Shown here one piece after another: positions 18,870 through 29,100 of a stretch of 64,000 nt of DNA (position 1 is its first letter; each line of letters opens with the position of its first letter). Position numbers and translations under genes: made by a program. The stretch is from Methanothrix sp. Lineage in GTDB: Archaea > Halobacteriota > Methanosarcinia > Methanotrichales > Methanotrichaceae. The stretch is taken from assembly GCA_963682135.1 (NCBI GenBank), contig OY821645.1, forward strand, positions 2,688,001-2,752,000, given 5' to 3'. The notes under the pieces were generated by a model. That model was not told the DNA's origin. It saw only the letters and a list, made by a program, of their open reading frames with translations, and did no database searches.

Positions 18870-20177
18870 ATGAGATACTTTGTGTTAATCTTTTCCATAT
18901 TGCTTCTGTCTCTGGCATGTAATCATGCCTCAGGATTCAGACCTAACTGCGATTGTGCTGATATGGATGGTCAATGGACAACGGAAAGACAACTCTTTGA
19001 GAACGGCGAGCTCACGGACCATATTGACATGATGAATATGTCGATCCAGATGAATGAGTGCGGCGCGGAAGGCACTTTAGAAAAAGGCGGAAAAATTTTT
19101 AATTCATATTTTGCAGGAAACGTCGCAAATAACTTAATTGGGAAATGGTCCCTAGATGGAGAAGAAGGCACATTTAATATTCAACTGCAAAATAACGAAA
19201 ATGAATGCTCTAATTTTACTGGAAAGATGTATTCCGGATGGAATTATTCCGGTAAATATTGGCAGTGGATGGGCCACAAAGAGGCAATTAGCCCACCTGA
19301 TAATGCACCACCCTTACCTTTTGGATCGGCATCAACACCAATATCCGCAGGTAAGGTAGAGATCGAGATTACCAGCTCTCAAAGTGTATCTACATTAAAA
19401 GCCGGTGGACAAACTACATTTGAGCTAGGGAAGAGCGATGAGGCAATTATTAATGCGATCTGTGAGAAGACCCTATATAAAGTAGGATTGATACAACTGA
19501 TTTACGGAGATACTAAATTTGCTGATTGGCCAGCGATTCTAAAATATAATCTTATCAATTATGTTTCAATATTGGGCGTATTTTGTCAAGTGAAGACGCC
19601 GACCTACACCTCTTCTCTTGATGTCTCTCAATCTAATTTTACATCAGGCTCACGTGGGGCTATTAAATTGGAGCTTATGCAAGGCCCCATTCGGATCGAG
19701 GTAATCAATGATCAGGTAGCCCTGGATATCGAAACTCCTACGGTTATTCTATCTTCACAGGGCAAGAACGCCTTTGGCGTAGCCTACGATCCGACGAGCG
19801 GAATGAGCCATGTGGCCGCTTACCAATACCCTATACAGGTCCAACCCACTGATGGCAATCATGCTTCCTTCATACTCGAATCCGGCCAGCAGGTTGAGGT
19901 AGGTAACGGTCAGGTAGTTGCATCCTCTTCCTCCGGCAAGACATCTGGAGAGGGGAATGATCAGAAGTCGAATCCAGGTCCCATTTCTGAAGGATCGGAA
20001 GGCGGATGCTATGCAGATCCAATAACAGGGGAGATCGTCTGCATAGACTCTTCTGGAAAGCCCTCACAATCCAATGGTGGAATGGAAGCAAAAGGATCAC
20101 AAAGTCCGGGAACACAGGATTTGTGTTTTGAAGATCCTGAGTCTGGTGAAATTATTTGCACCGAATCAGGCGGATAG
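18870..20177 (+). CDS. secreted hypothetical protein with two C-terminal CxxDPxxGEIxC motifs
   Basis: ATG 18870 gives signal peptide MRYFVLIFSILLLSLAC; long ORF. Confidence 0.7.
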   Translation: MRYFVLIFSILLLSLACNHASGFRPNCDCADMDGQWTTERQLFENGELTDHIDMMNMSIQMNECGAEGTLEKGGKIFNSYFAGNVANNLIGKWSLDGEEGTFNIQLQNNENECSNFTGKMYSGWNYSGKYWQWMGHKEAISPPDNAPPLPFGSASTPISAGKVEIEITSSQSVSTLKAGGQTTFELGKSDEAIINAICEKTLYKVGLIQLIYGDTKFADWPAILKYNLINYVSILGVFCQVKTPTYTSSLDVSQSNFTSGSRGAIKLELMQGPIRIEVINDQVALDIETPTVILSSQGKNAFGVAYDPTSGMSHVAAYQYPIQVQPTDGNHASFILESGQQVEVGNGQVVASSSSGKTSGEGNDQKSNPGPISEGSEGGCYADPITGEIVCIDSSGKPSQSNGGMEAKGSQSPGTQDLCFEDPESGEIICTESGG

Positions 20178-20338
20178 AGATGATGCCGCCAAGCCTAAGA
20201 ATCTGCCTCAACTGGGAAAGCAATATATACTTCCTCGAATACATACTTAAGTTAAAGTAAAGCAGGAAATGGAGCGAAACTTTCAACACCCATAAGACGG
20301 CAGATTGCGAAGAAAAATGATACAAACGGAGGTAACCT

Positions 20339-23300
20339 TTGCATATTAAAGAGGTCGAACTCAAGAACTTCAAGTCATTCGGCAAGAGCGTCCGGGTTCC
20401 TCTGAAGAACGATTTTGTGACCGTTACCGGGCCTAACGGTAGCGGCAAGTCCAATATCGTTGATGCTCTGCTCTTTGCTCTCTGCCTTTCCAGCTCGCGA
20501 GCCATGCGGGCGGAAAGGCTGCCCGATCTCATCTACCGGGGCGATAACGGCAAGAATCCGGACTTTGCTCAGGTTACCGTCAAGCTGGACAATACCAGCC
20601 GCCTCTTTCCCCTGGACCAAGATCTGATTGAAGTGTCCAGGAAGATAAAGGTCAAAGGCGACAAATATGCATCTTCTTATTATTTTAATGGAAAGACCTG
20701 CGGTCAGGCTGAATTACTGGATCTGCTGGCCAAGGCAGGCATAACTCCGGAGAGCTACAACATAGTCATGCAGGGTGATGTGACGCGCATCATTGAGATG
20801 ACACCGGTAGAACGCCGAAAGATCATAGATGAGATTGCCGGCGTCGCTGAGTTTGATGAAAAAAAGAAGAAGGCTATGGAAGAGCTGGATGTGGTGCGAG
20901 AGCGCATCGGTCGCGTCGATGTGATCCTGGAAGAGGTTGCCGCCCAACTTGCCAAGCTCAAGGCAGAGCGGGACCGTGCCCACTCCTACCAGGCGCATCG
21001 GGAGGAGCTTTCCAGACAGGAGGCTTTTCTGCTCCTGGCCAGGCTCAAAGAGGCATCAATGGAGCTGGCCGGCCTGGATGATGAGATCAATTCACTTGAC
21101 GACAAGAATCAGACGCTTCTGGAGCGGTCGGAGAGCAAGAAAACAGAACTCCTGGCACTTGATGAGAAGCTGCAGTCCATAAGCTCGGAGATCACCCACA
21201 AAGGAGAGGATGAGCAGATCTCTGTTAAACGCAGGATCGAGGAGCTGAAAGGAGAGATCTCCCGTGAGGACGCCCGCATCGAGATGACGGAAAAGGCCAT
21301 CTCGGAGATGGATGATCAGCAAAAGAGCTGCTTTATTCAGATGAGCAGCCTCACCGCCGAGCTGGAATCGTTAGCCGAAAAGATAGGAGATGCAGCGCTG
21401 CGCGCCGCCAGCCTGCGAGGAGAACAGGATGATCAGATGGAGAAACAGAGAGCCGCAATGGCCAGTCTCTCCCAGGCGGATGCAAAATTCGCCATTCTCC
21501 GGGATGAGCTCTCCCGAGTTCGGCTGATTCGTGAGGAGTCCAAATCAAAGCTTGGCGACCTCGTTAGGGAGAGGGACAGGCTGCTGGATGCCACCAGGCG
21601 AGGCGGCCTGGAAAGGGAAGAGCTTTCCTCGGGCATCAAAGAGGCACTTGATAAGCTTGCAGGTCTCGATCATGAGACGGAAAAGCTGAAAGCGGAGCTG
21701 GCTGTCTTTAACAGCAAGGCCATGGAGATGGAGCGGGACCGGGATGACCTGGAGAGCGGGCGCCTGCGACTTCGTCGGGAAATCACCGAGGCGGAAAGAG
21801 ATCTGCAAAGACTGCAGGGAGAGTTTGCCAAGAGCGACGGGCGCATGAGGGCCGCCGAGGACAAAGCGGGATACAGCCGGGCGGTGGAAGCAATTCGATC
21901 GGCAATCAAGAGGCAGATGCTGCAAGGTCTTCACGGAACCATAGCAGAGCTAGGTAATGTGGCAACGCGCTACTCTTCGGCTCTCGAGGTGGCGGCGGGA
22001 GCGCGCCTGCAAAGCATCGTGGCCGACAATGATCTGGATGCCTCTGCTGCCATTGAGTATCTGAAGAGGTCACAGATCGGGCGGGCCACTTTTTTGCCTT
22101 TGAATAAGCTGGACAAAGGCAGCCTCTCCGTCCGGCCCAATCATGCAGGAGTAGTAGATTATGCTCTCAACCTGGTGGACTTCGACCCCAAGTTCCTGGC
22201 CGCTTTCTGGTATGTCTTCCGGGATACTCTGGTGGTAGAGAGCCTCGTTTTTGCCCGGCCGCTCATGGGTCGGTATCGTATGGTCACGCTGGAAGGGGAC
22301 CTGGTGGAGAAGTCAGGTGCCATGACCGGCGGCCACTATCGCTCCAAGATGAAGTTTGCGGCAGAAGAGAAGACGAAGCTCTTGGAGCTGTCCGAGAAGA
22401 TCGCCAATGCCGAAAGCGAGCGCAGCACAAGGCTCGATAAGCTGGATAAAATCGAAGAGCAGATATCTCGCCTCTCTCGTGAGGTGGAGGAACTCAACCG
22501 GGTCATATCCAAGAAGACCTTCCAGATAGATGAGATTGTATCGTCCCGGCCACGCCTGGATAAGTCGATTTCGGAAAAGCGGGAGCGTCTGCTGGCCATG
22601 GAGGGCGAGTCTATCAGCTTCAAGGAGGAGCTTGGCCTTTTGGAGAGCGAGATTCGGATCTCGGAAGAGACATTGGCCGATGTGCAGCAGAAGATCGACA
22701 GATTGGATGGCGAGCTGAAGGGCTCGGAAATTCCCGGACTGAACAAAAAGGCAGATGCAGCCAACCTGGAGATAAAGCGTCTGCAAGATAGGCTGACCGG
22801 CATTGATGCCGAGATTCTCAAGGACAAAATCCGGGAGGAGAGCGGCAAAGAGAAGCTGGCGGAACTGGCGGCAAGAAGAGAATCCCTGGACGGCCAGAAA
22901 GCGGAGGCGCAGGCCCGAAAGGATGCAGCAGCCGCGCTGATTGTGGAGCTCTCTGAGAAGCTTTCACTCTCCCAGGGGCGAGAGGCGGAGATTGAAGGAG
23001 AGCTGCACGGCTTGAAGGGAGTACGTGGAGAGCTCCTGGAAAAGACCCTGGCCCTGCAAAGAGAGATTGACTTGGCAGAGAGGGAGAGGGACAGAATTGA
23101 GGCCCGCAAGAATGCTACGAGCTATGCCAGAGATGCCATCCTTTCCAAAGTCAATGATCTGCGAAACCAAATTGAGAGCCGCGGAGTCGATTCTTCCCAG
23201 GAGCCGCCCAACAGCATGGCTGTGGTCGAGAAGATCAAAGCTCTGGAGCAGGCCATGCGTGACCTGGAGCCGGTGAACATGATGGCCATCCAGGAATATG

Positions 23301-23854
23301 ATCATGTCAAGACGCGTTACGACTTCCTGGCAGAGAGAAGGACCACACTCTCTGAGGAGCGCGAGGCGATCATCGATAAGCTGGAAAAGTACGATCAGAT
23401 GAAGAGGGAGGCATTCCTGGCCAGCTTCACCGAGATCAACAAGAACTTCAAGCAGATATTCCAGGAGCTTTCCAAGGGCGAGGGTGATCTGGTCCTGGAA
23501 AATCCAGAAGATCCCCTGGCGGCGGGCATGACCATCAAGGCCCGGCCTGCCGGCAAGTCTCTGCACCGCTTGGAGGCCATGTCCGGGGGGGAGAAGAGCC
23601 TGACTGCTCTCTCATTTATATTCTCCATTCAGATGTACCGACCTGCTCCCTTCTATGCCATGGATGAGATCGATATGTTCCTGGATGGGGCAAATGTAGA
23701 ACGAGTAGCCAAACTAATCAAGAAAATCTCTTCCAAGGCCCAGTTCATAGTAGTATCCTTGCGAAAACCCATGATACTGCAGTCCAAATACACCCTGGGC
23801 GTGACCATGCAGGAGAACAACATCACCACGGTGACCGGCATCTGCACAAGCTGA
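20339..23854 (+). CDS. smc: chromosome segregation protein SMC
   Basis: Walker A GPNGSGKS, hinge GRATFLPL, signature MSGGEKS, Walker B MDEID, long coiled coils. Confidence 0.97.
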   Translation: MHIKEVELKNFKSFGKSVRVPLKNDFVTVTGPNGSGKSNIVDALLFALCLSSSRAMRAERLPDLIYRGDNGKNPDFAQVTVKLDNTSRLFPLDQDLIEVSRKIKVKGDKYASSYYFNGKTCGQAELLDLLAKAGITPESYNIVMQGDVTRIIEMTPVERRKIIDEIAGVAEFDEKKKKAMEELDVVRERIGRVDVILEEVAAQLAKLKAERDRAHSYQAHREELSRQEAFLLLARLKEASMELAGLDDEINSLDDKNQTLLERSESKKTELLALDEKLQSISSEITHKGEDEQISVKRRIEELKGEISREDARIEMTEKAISEMDDQQKSCFIQMSSLTAELESLAEKIGDAALRAASLRGEQDDQMEKQRAAMASLSQADAKFAILRDELSRVRLIREESKSKLGDLVRERDRLLDATRRGGLEREELSSGIKEALDKLAGLDHETEKLKAELAVFNSKAMEMERDRDDLESGRLRLRREITEAERDLQRLQGEFAKSDGRMRAAEDKAGYSRAVEAIRSAIKRQMLQGLHGTIAELGNVATRYSSALEVAAGARLQSIVADNDLDASAAIEYLKRSQIGRATFLPLNKLDKGSLSVRPNHAGVVDYALNLVDFDPKFLAAFWYVFRDTLVVESLVFARPLMGRYRMVTLEGDLVEKSGAMTGGHYRSKMKFAAEEKTKLLELSEKIANAESERSTRLDKLDKIEEQISRLSREVEELNRVISKKTFQIDEIVSSRPRLDKSISEKRERLLAMEGESISFKEELGLLESEIRISEETLADVQQKIDRLDGELKGSEIPGLNKKADAANLEIKRLQDRLTGIDAEILKDKIREESGKEKLAELAARRESLDGQKAEAQARKDAAAALIVELSEKLSLSQGREAEIEGELHGLKGVRGELLEKTLALQREIDLAERERDRIEARKNATSYARDAILSKVNDLRNQIESRGVDSSQEPPNSMAVVEKIKALEQAMRDLEPVNMMAIQEYDHVKTRYDFLAERRTTLSEEREAIIDKLEKYDQMKREAFLASFTEINKNFKQIFQELSKGEGDLVLENPEDPLAAGMTIKARPAGKSLHRLEAMSGGEKSLTALSFIFSIQMYRPAPFYAMDEIDMFLDGANVERVAKLIKKISSKAQFIVVSLRKPMILQSKYTLGVTMQENNITTVTGICTS

Positions 23855-23861
23855 GGCGAAA

Positions 23862-24599
23862 ATGAGCGACGATCCATCTATTCAGGATTCACAGGAAACA
23901 CCCCAAGCCAGTTCCACCTCCGATTCGAAAACGGAAAATATCCCTGAGTTCGAATTCGGAGAGCCGGCTGAGGTTTTGGTGGAGCTGGCCAAGAGTGGAG
24001 AGATCGATCCCTGGGATATCGATATCGCCATGGCTACCGAGAAGTTCTTGCAGTACATAGACTCTCTGGAGAAGAGAGACCTGCGTATTCCCGCCCGAAC
24101 TCTGCTTTACGCCAGCATCCTTTTGCGCATGAAGTCCGACTCCATGGAAGAGCAAAAGGAGGAAGAGCCCGAGCCGGAGATCGAAGAGATTTTGGATAGT
24201 CTGGAAGAGGAGATTGAAGAGAGCCTGCCCCGCCCTCCGGTCCGCCGGCACACCAAGCGACCTGTAACGCTGGACGAGCTAATCTCGGAGCTGAAAAAGG
24301 CGGAGATGGTAGGCAGAAGGAAGGCCATGCGGGAGAGGTGGCCCAGTACCGAGGAAAAAACCCTGGATGTGTCCCACGATGAGGGGATCGAGGATCGAAT
24401 CAAAGCGCTCGGCCCTATCTTAGACGACATGTTCATGGAGAGCAAGACCGTCACCTTCCAGGAAATAAACAGCAAAAACAGCAAGACTGAGGATGGGGTT
24501 ACCAACTACGTCTCTTTGCTCTTCATGGCCCAGAGAAAGCAGGTATGGCTGGAGCAAGAGGAGATCTTCGGAGACCTGTTTGTGAGCAGGCCTGCTTAA
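23862..24599 (+). CDS. scpA: segregation/condensation protein A (kleisin)
   Basis: GEIDPWDIDI, ASILLRMKS, VTLDELI, LEQEEIFGDL; follows smc. Confidence 0.93.
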   Translation: MSDDPSIQDSQETPQASSTSDSKTENIPEFEFGEPAEVLVELAKSGEIDPWDIDIAMATEKFLQYIDSLEKRDLRIPARTLLYASILLRMKSDSMEEQKEEEPEPEIEEILDSLEEEIEESLPRPPVRRHTKRPVTLDELISELKKAEMVGRRKAMRERWPSTEEKTLDVSHDEGIEDRIKALGPILDDMFMESKTVTFQEINSKNSKTEDGVTNYVSLLFMAQRKQVWLEQEEIFGDLFVSRPA

Positions 24600-24674
24600 G
24601 TGGAGGGACTCCCTGCCAGGTGCTATCTGCAACAACAATTGGGTCGTTCTTCGCCGACTACCACGGGAATTTAC

Positions 24675-24807
24675 TGGAACTACCGCGTCCTGAAGGGTGC
24701 GGCTTGCGACTACGCAAAAAGTCGTGTCGCGTCTGGCGGGCTGACATTACTGCCCTGAGACTCCAGGATATATGGGTTTCGTAACCGCATTTTTCGCATC
24801 GGAAGGC
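24675..24807 (-). mobile_element. IS200/IS605-family remnant: tnpB 3' fragment plus right-end/omega-RNA region
   Basis: Minus strand encodes FRCEKCGYETH (TnpB zinc finger), then AGGGCAG..GTCAGCCCGCC, hairpin GCGAC..GTCGC and AAGCCGCACCC-TTCA-GGACGCGG-TAGTT, resembling IS605 right ends. Confidence 0.65.
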
Positions 24808-25076
24808 TACACCGCAATCTAGGTGATCCATCCATTCCCAGGAAAACGTTGGTTGCAGCCTAAAACCTTAATGATTCAGAGGGCAGGGCTGAATAGTTGC
24901 ATTAAAATTATCACCTCGAAGAAATTCTAACTCTTGAAAACAAATTCTGCGCCTAAAGTCCCACGCCTGCACCTAAAGTCGAATCAAAAGGGCACTTTAG
25001 GTGCAAAGCCAGCTGCATAGAAATATATACGAACATATGCCTATATAAAAAAAAGAAAGGAGAACGATTTCTCATC

Positions 25077-26189
25077 TTGAATTGGTGGATTATGACGATG
25101 ATCTGGACCCGCGTATTCTGTCTCATCTTTCTAACTCTGATCGTGCAGCCTGCCCACTCAGCAGACTGGCCAGACTGCAAATTCCAGTGCCAGGCCAATG
25201 ATGTGATTGTATCACGACTGTGGCTGGGAGATGATAGGGGAAGCGAAATGTCTTCTACAGTCGCGGGTGAAAAACGATCCTGCTATCTCTGGGTTACATT
25301 TCGTAATAACGCCAATGCGCCCCGCTATGCCGCCATCCTGCTGGCTGATCTGTACCTGGGTGGCACATTGAGCCGATCCTTTTATGACGATGGCATTTGC
25401 GTCCTCGACGAAATAGAAGCAAAGTCAACTGTGGACTATCCCATCTACAATATCATCTGGACGGGCGGGGAAGAGGTTATGCTTAAGAGGCTTGTGCTGA
25501 GCTGGGAGACGGCCAAAGGTACCAGTTGCAGCGAGGCAAATCGCAAGTGCAGCAATCGCAATACAAAGTGCTATGGTGGACAGGAAGCGGAGTTATTGGC
25601 ACAGACACCTCTCTCAGCCTCTTTCACAGAGAACCCACAGACCTGCTCTGGTTTTGTCAAATTCGTTGACCTGACGTCAGGCGGAAATGGGCCGTACACC
25701 TATGATTGGGATTTTGGAGATGCACTGCATAGCAATGAGAAGAATCCGGATCATACCTATGATCGTCCAGGAAACTACACCGTGAGATTGCAGGCGAGAG
25801 ATCAATCAGGCAAGGTGGCATCTATCAGCAGGCAGCTCACCATCAATGGCTGTCCTTGCACTATTATTGGCCCGGACCATTCCTGTCTGAGCAAGACCGA
25901 GACCTACGGAGTCAGTCTGACCGGCTCGATTCGTGGCACAATTCAATGGTATTTGGACGGAAGAGAGATCGACAAGGTTGAGTCGCAAGGAGGATTGGAT
26001 GAGTCGCATGAGTCCCGCGAAGAAGGGAGCATAGATATTGATTGGGATAAATATGGAGCAGGTCAGCATTATCTAATGGTCTATGTAAATGACGTTAGCT
26101 CCATGAACGGCCCAAAGCTGTGGGCGGCGTGCAATATGACCATAACCGTTACACCTGAGCCCATAGCGGTAATTGGCTGGGTAGTGTGA
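25077..26189 (+). CDS. secreted PKD-domain protein
   Basis: Signal peptide; YDWDFGD...NPDHTYDRPGNYTVRL PKD signature. Confidence 0.82.
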   Translation: MNWWIMTMIWTRVFCLIFLTLIVQPAHSADWPDCKFQCQANDVIVSRLWLGDDRGSEMSSTVAGEKRSCYLWVTFRNNANAPRYAAILLADLYLGGTLSRSFYDDGICVLDEIEAKSTVDYPIYNIIWTGGEEVMLKRLVLSWETAKGTSCSEANRKCSNRNTKCYGGQEAELLAQTPLSASFTENPQTCSGFVKFVDLTSGGNGPYTYDWDFGDALHSNEKNPDHTYDRPGNYTVRLQARDQSGKVASISRQLTINGCPCTIIGPDHSCLSKTETYGVSLTGSIRGTIQWYLDGREIDKVESQGGLDESHESREEGSIDIDWDKYGAGQHYLMVYVNDVSSMNGPKLWAACNMTITVTPEPIAVIGWVV

Positions 26190-26195
26190 GACTGA

Positions 26196-29100
26196 TTGGA
26201 CAAGCGCACTTATTCCTCGAGGCATTTTGTGCAGTCATGCCATCGGAAGGCTTTATCAGCAATCTTAGCGTATGCTTTGATTCTGTCATTCTTGAGCCTT
26301 GCATCCGGTCAGGTCACCAATGAAAGAGAGGTGCAGTCAGGGAGCGTCTGCAACTTTGTAGCCCAGAACATATCTCAAGAGGATGCGTCAATCGAATGGA
26401 GTGCATCTGATGGAAGCCCTATGAGCTACATCGGAAGATCTATGCGGTGGAAGGCACCTGTTGTCGATTCTCCTAAGAACGTAGTCATATCGCTAAATTT
26501 AACCAACACCTATGGTTGCTGTAAATATTATAATAACTTATATAATATTCGTGTAATTCCTAGATTGGTCGCCAAAATCGTTTTGAAAAAGGATTGCCTA
26601 TTCACAGCGCCCGTCAAAATAGGAGACCATGTATTATACACTTATAATGTAACCAACCAGGGGACTAAGCCTCTCATAGACCTGAATCTCACCGACCTGC
26701 AGAACTGGGGACCGGACTCTCAGCCGATTTATAAATCAGGAGATGATGGAAATGGGTTGCTTGATCCGGGAGAATCATGGTGGTATGAATGCGATTATCG
26801 GGTTATGGACCCTGCCGATTATCCAATATTGCGCATCATGCAGAGTGATAAAGGCCCCACACAATTGTCCGAAACCATACAAAGGCTGATGGAAAAAAAG
26901 GTTCGCCTGGAGATTGTAATGGATAACTTGCGTCGATCTGCAAGCCAATTCGATCTGCAAGCCGCCAGGCAGATCACAACAGAGCAGATGCAAGAAGGAT
27001 TAAACTATACATATTACAATTACAGTAATGAAGTAACAGGCGAATCATTCAGCAAGATAGTTGATTTTAAGGGCAATTTGAATAGGACCATCTACCAGGA
27101 CCCCATATCTGGTGCAGTACTAACAGTGCATTATACGACATATAGCAGGATATTCTCCGAAGAGCTCTACTATCCACCCCCTGGAATTAATGAGTACTTC
27201 AAAATAGAGTACGATTTGCCGGCCAAGGGATATAATACGATTACAGTAACTGATTACAAATCAGGAGATACACTGATAATGATGGTGGACAGCCGAGGAA
27301 ATATTTTGAGCAAGGAGTATAGAAGAACGCCGGGATATCAGCTTTACGTCGAGAAATTTTTGCTTAAGAATAAGGCCACTGTTACGGCTAAAACGAGGGA
27401 TGGAAGTGATGTGTCCGATTGGGATTCATTCACATTGGAGGTCTTCCGGCTTCTGCCCGATTTGCTTGTGACAAAGACCGCTCAGACTGAGTTGGCAATT
27501 TCAGGCGGTCTATTGAATTATACCATTCTTTACAAAAACGCTGGTGGCTCAGATGCCCACGATGTTGTGATCACGGAGACCTACGACAAGAACCTCACAT
27601 TCCTTAGGTCAGACCCTCCGCCCGATAGAGGTAGTGTGAATCGATGGAGCCTGGGAGTCCTCAGTATCGGTGAGTCTGGAAGCATACAAATCCAGACCAA
27701 GGTCAGTGCCCTTGCGCTGTTCGGATCAAAAATTGTCAATAAGGTAGAGCTGACTGCCCGGGAAAACTCTTCCGCAATCTGTATCATCAATACCACCGTG
27801 GGAAGCAACGATTTGAATATTACCAAGATTGCTTCCACAAATTTAGTGCAGCCCGGCAAGAACCTGACTTATAGTATAATTTACCGAAATAATGGTTCCA
27901 TAAAACAGACCAATGTGACGATTCATGATTGGCTGGACCCATATGTGTATCTGGCAAACCTAAGCACCCAAAGAGATCTCATATGGCGCCTGGGAGATTT
28001 GAATCCGGGTGAGGGCGGCATAAAAGCCGTAAATGTATTGGTAAAGAATGCGATTTTCGGGAACACTTCGAGAATCACCAATAGATATAGAATAGATTCT
28101 TACCAGTTTGCCGGAATGACAAAGGAATTGGTGACTCGTGTGATGAATGGCGGGTTGAATATTACCAAGACTGCTTCATCAGATTTTGTGCCACCCGGCA
28201 GTGAACTGACCTATACCATAACTTATCGAAATGAGGGATCCGAAAACCAGACCGGTGTGATGATTCATGATTGGCTGGACAGATACGTTGATTTGGTTGA
28301 TGTTATGGCCAATCCACCTCTGGTCAGCAGCGGATCCGGGAATTATCTCCGGTGGTATCGTGATTATTTGAAACCTGGCGTTGAGGGCACAATAACCATA
28401 AGAGTAAGAACAAATGCAACTATTCCTGATCATGTTTCTCAAATCATCAACACATACAGAATAAATTCCACTCAGTTTGAAGCAAAGAATTCGACCCTTA
28501 AGACGGATGTGGTTCATTCTCTCTGGATTCGAAAGAAGGCGGATAAGAGCATCTATAAAAGGGAAGATAACATAACTTATACTATTGATTATGGAAATTC
28601 TGGAATCACACCGGCCTATTTAGTGAATGTCACCGACCTTCTTCCAGAGGTGATCCTAATCAGTGTGTACCCTATTCCCAGTACCATAAGCGGCAATAAT
28701 CTGACCTGGAGAGTTGGAACATTAGGCGAAAATGAATCGAGAACCATCCGAATAGTCGCTCAGATCCCCAAAAAAGCGAAAGCCAATTATTATGAGACAT
28801 CTCAGGTGCAGGGCGATGGCTATGCTTATGTTCGGAAAGGATTTTCCACCGAGGAAAAGAAGGAAGGTCTCACAAATCGAGCGATGATATCAGGGTACTA
28901 TGGAGAATACCCATTTAGAGTTAGTGCCAATTCATCGGTGACAGTTCTCGGCTCCCCCGGTACGAGCATTTCCAGTCTGGAGCATGGAAGCGGTTACTAC
29001 AAAGAAGAGTCAAAGAGCAGCCTGCATCAAGAAAATAAGAGCATCCGCCTGGAAAAGAATCTGTTTGCCAAATACAAGAAGACTGCATTTCTCCTGCCCG

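Noticed and set aside
22313-23566. Long antisense ORFs within smc, and similar ones within acs, the sulfatases and the ADP-forming ligase
   Set aside because: Shadow frames of GC-rich coding genes with no recognisable motifs.
23862-24599. No scpB next to smc-scpA
   Set aside because: Common in archaea; scpB is often elsewhere or absent.
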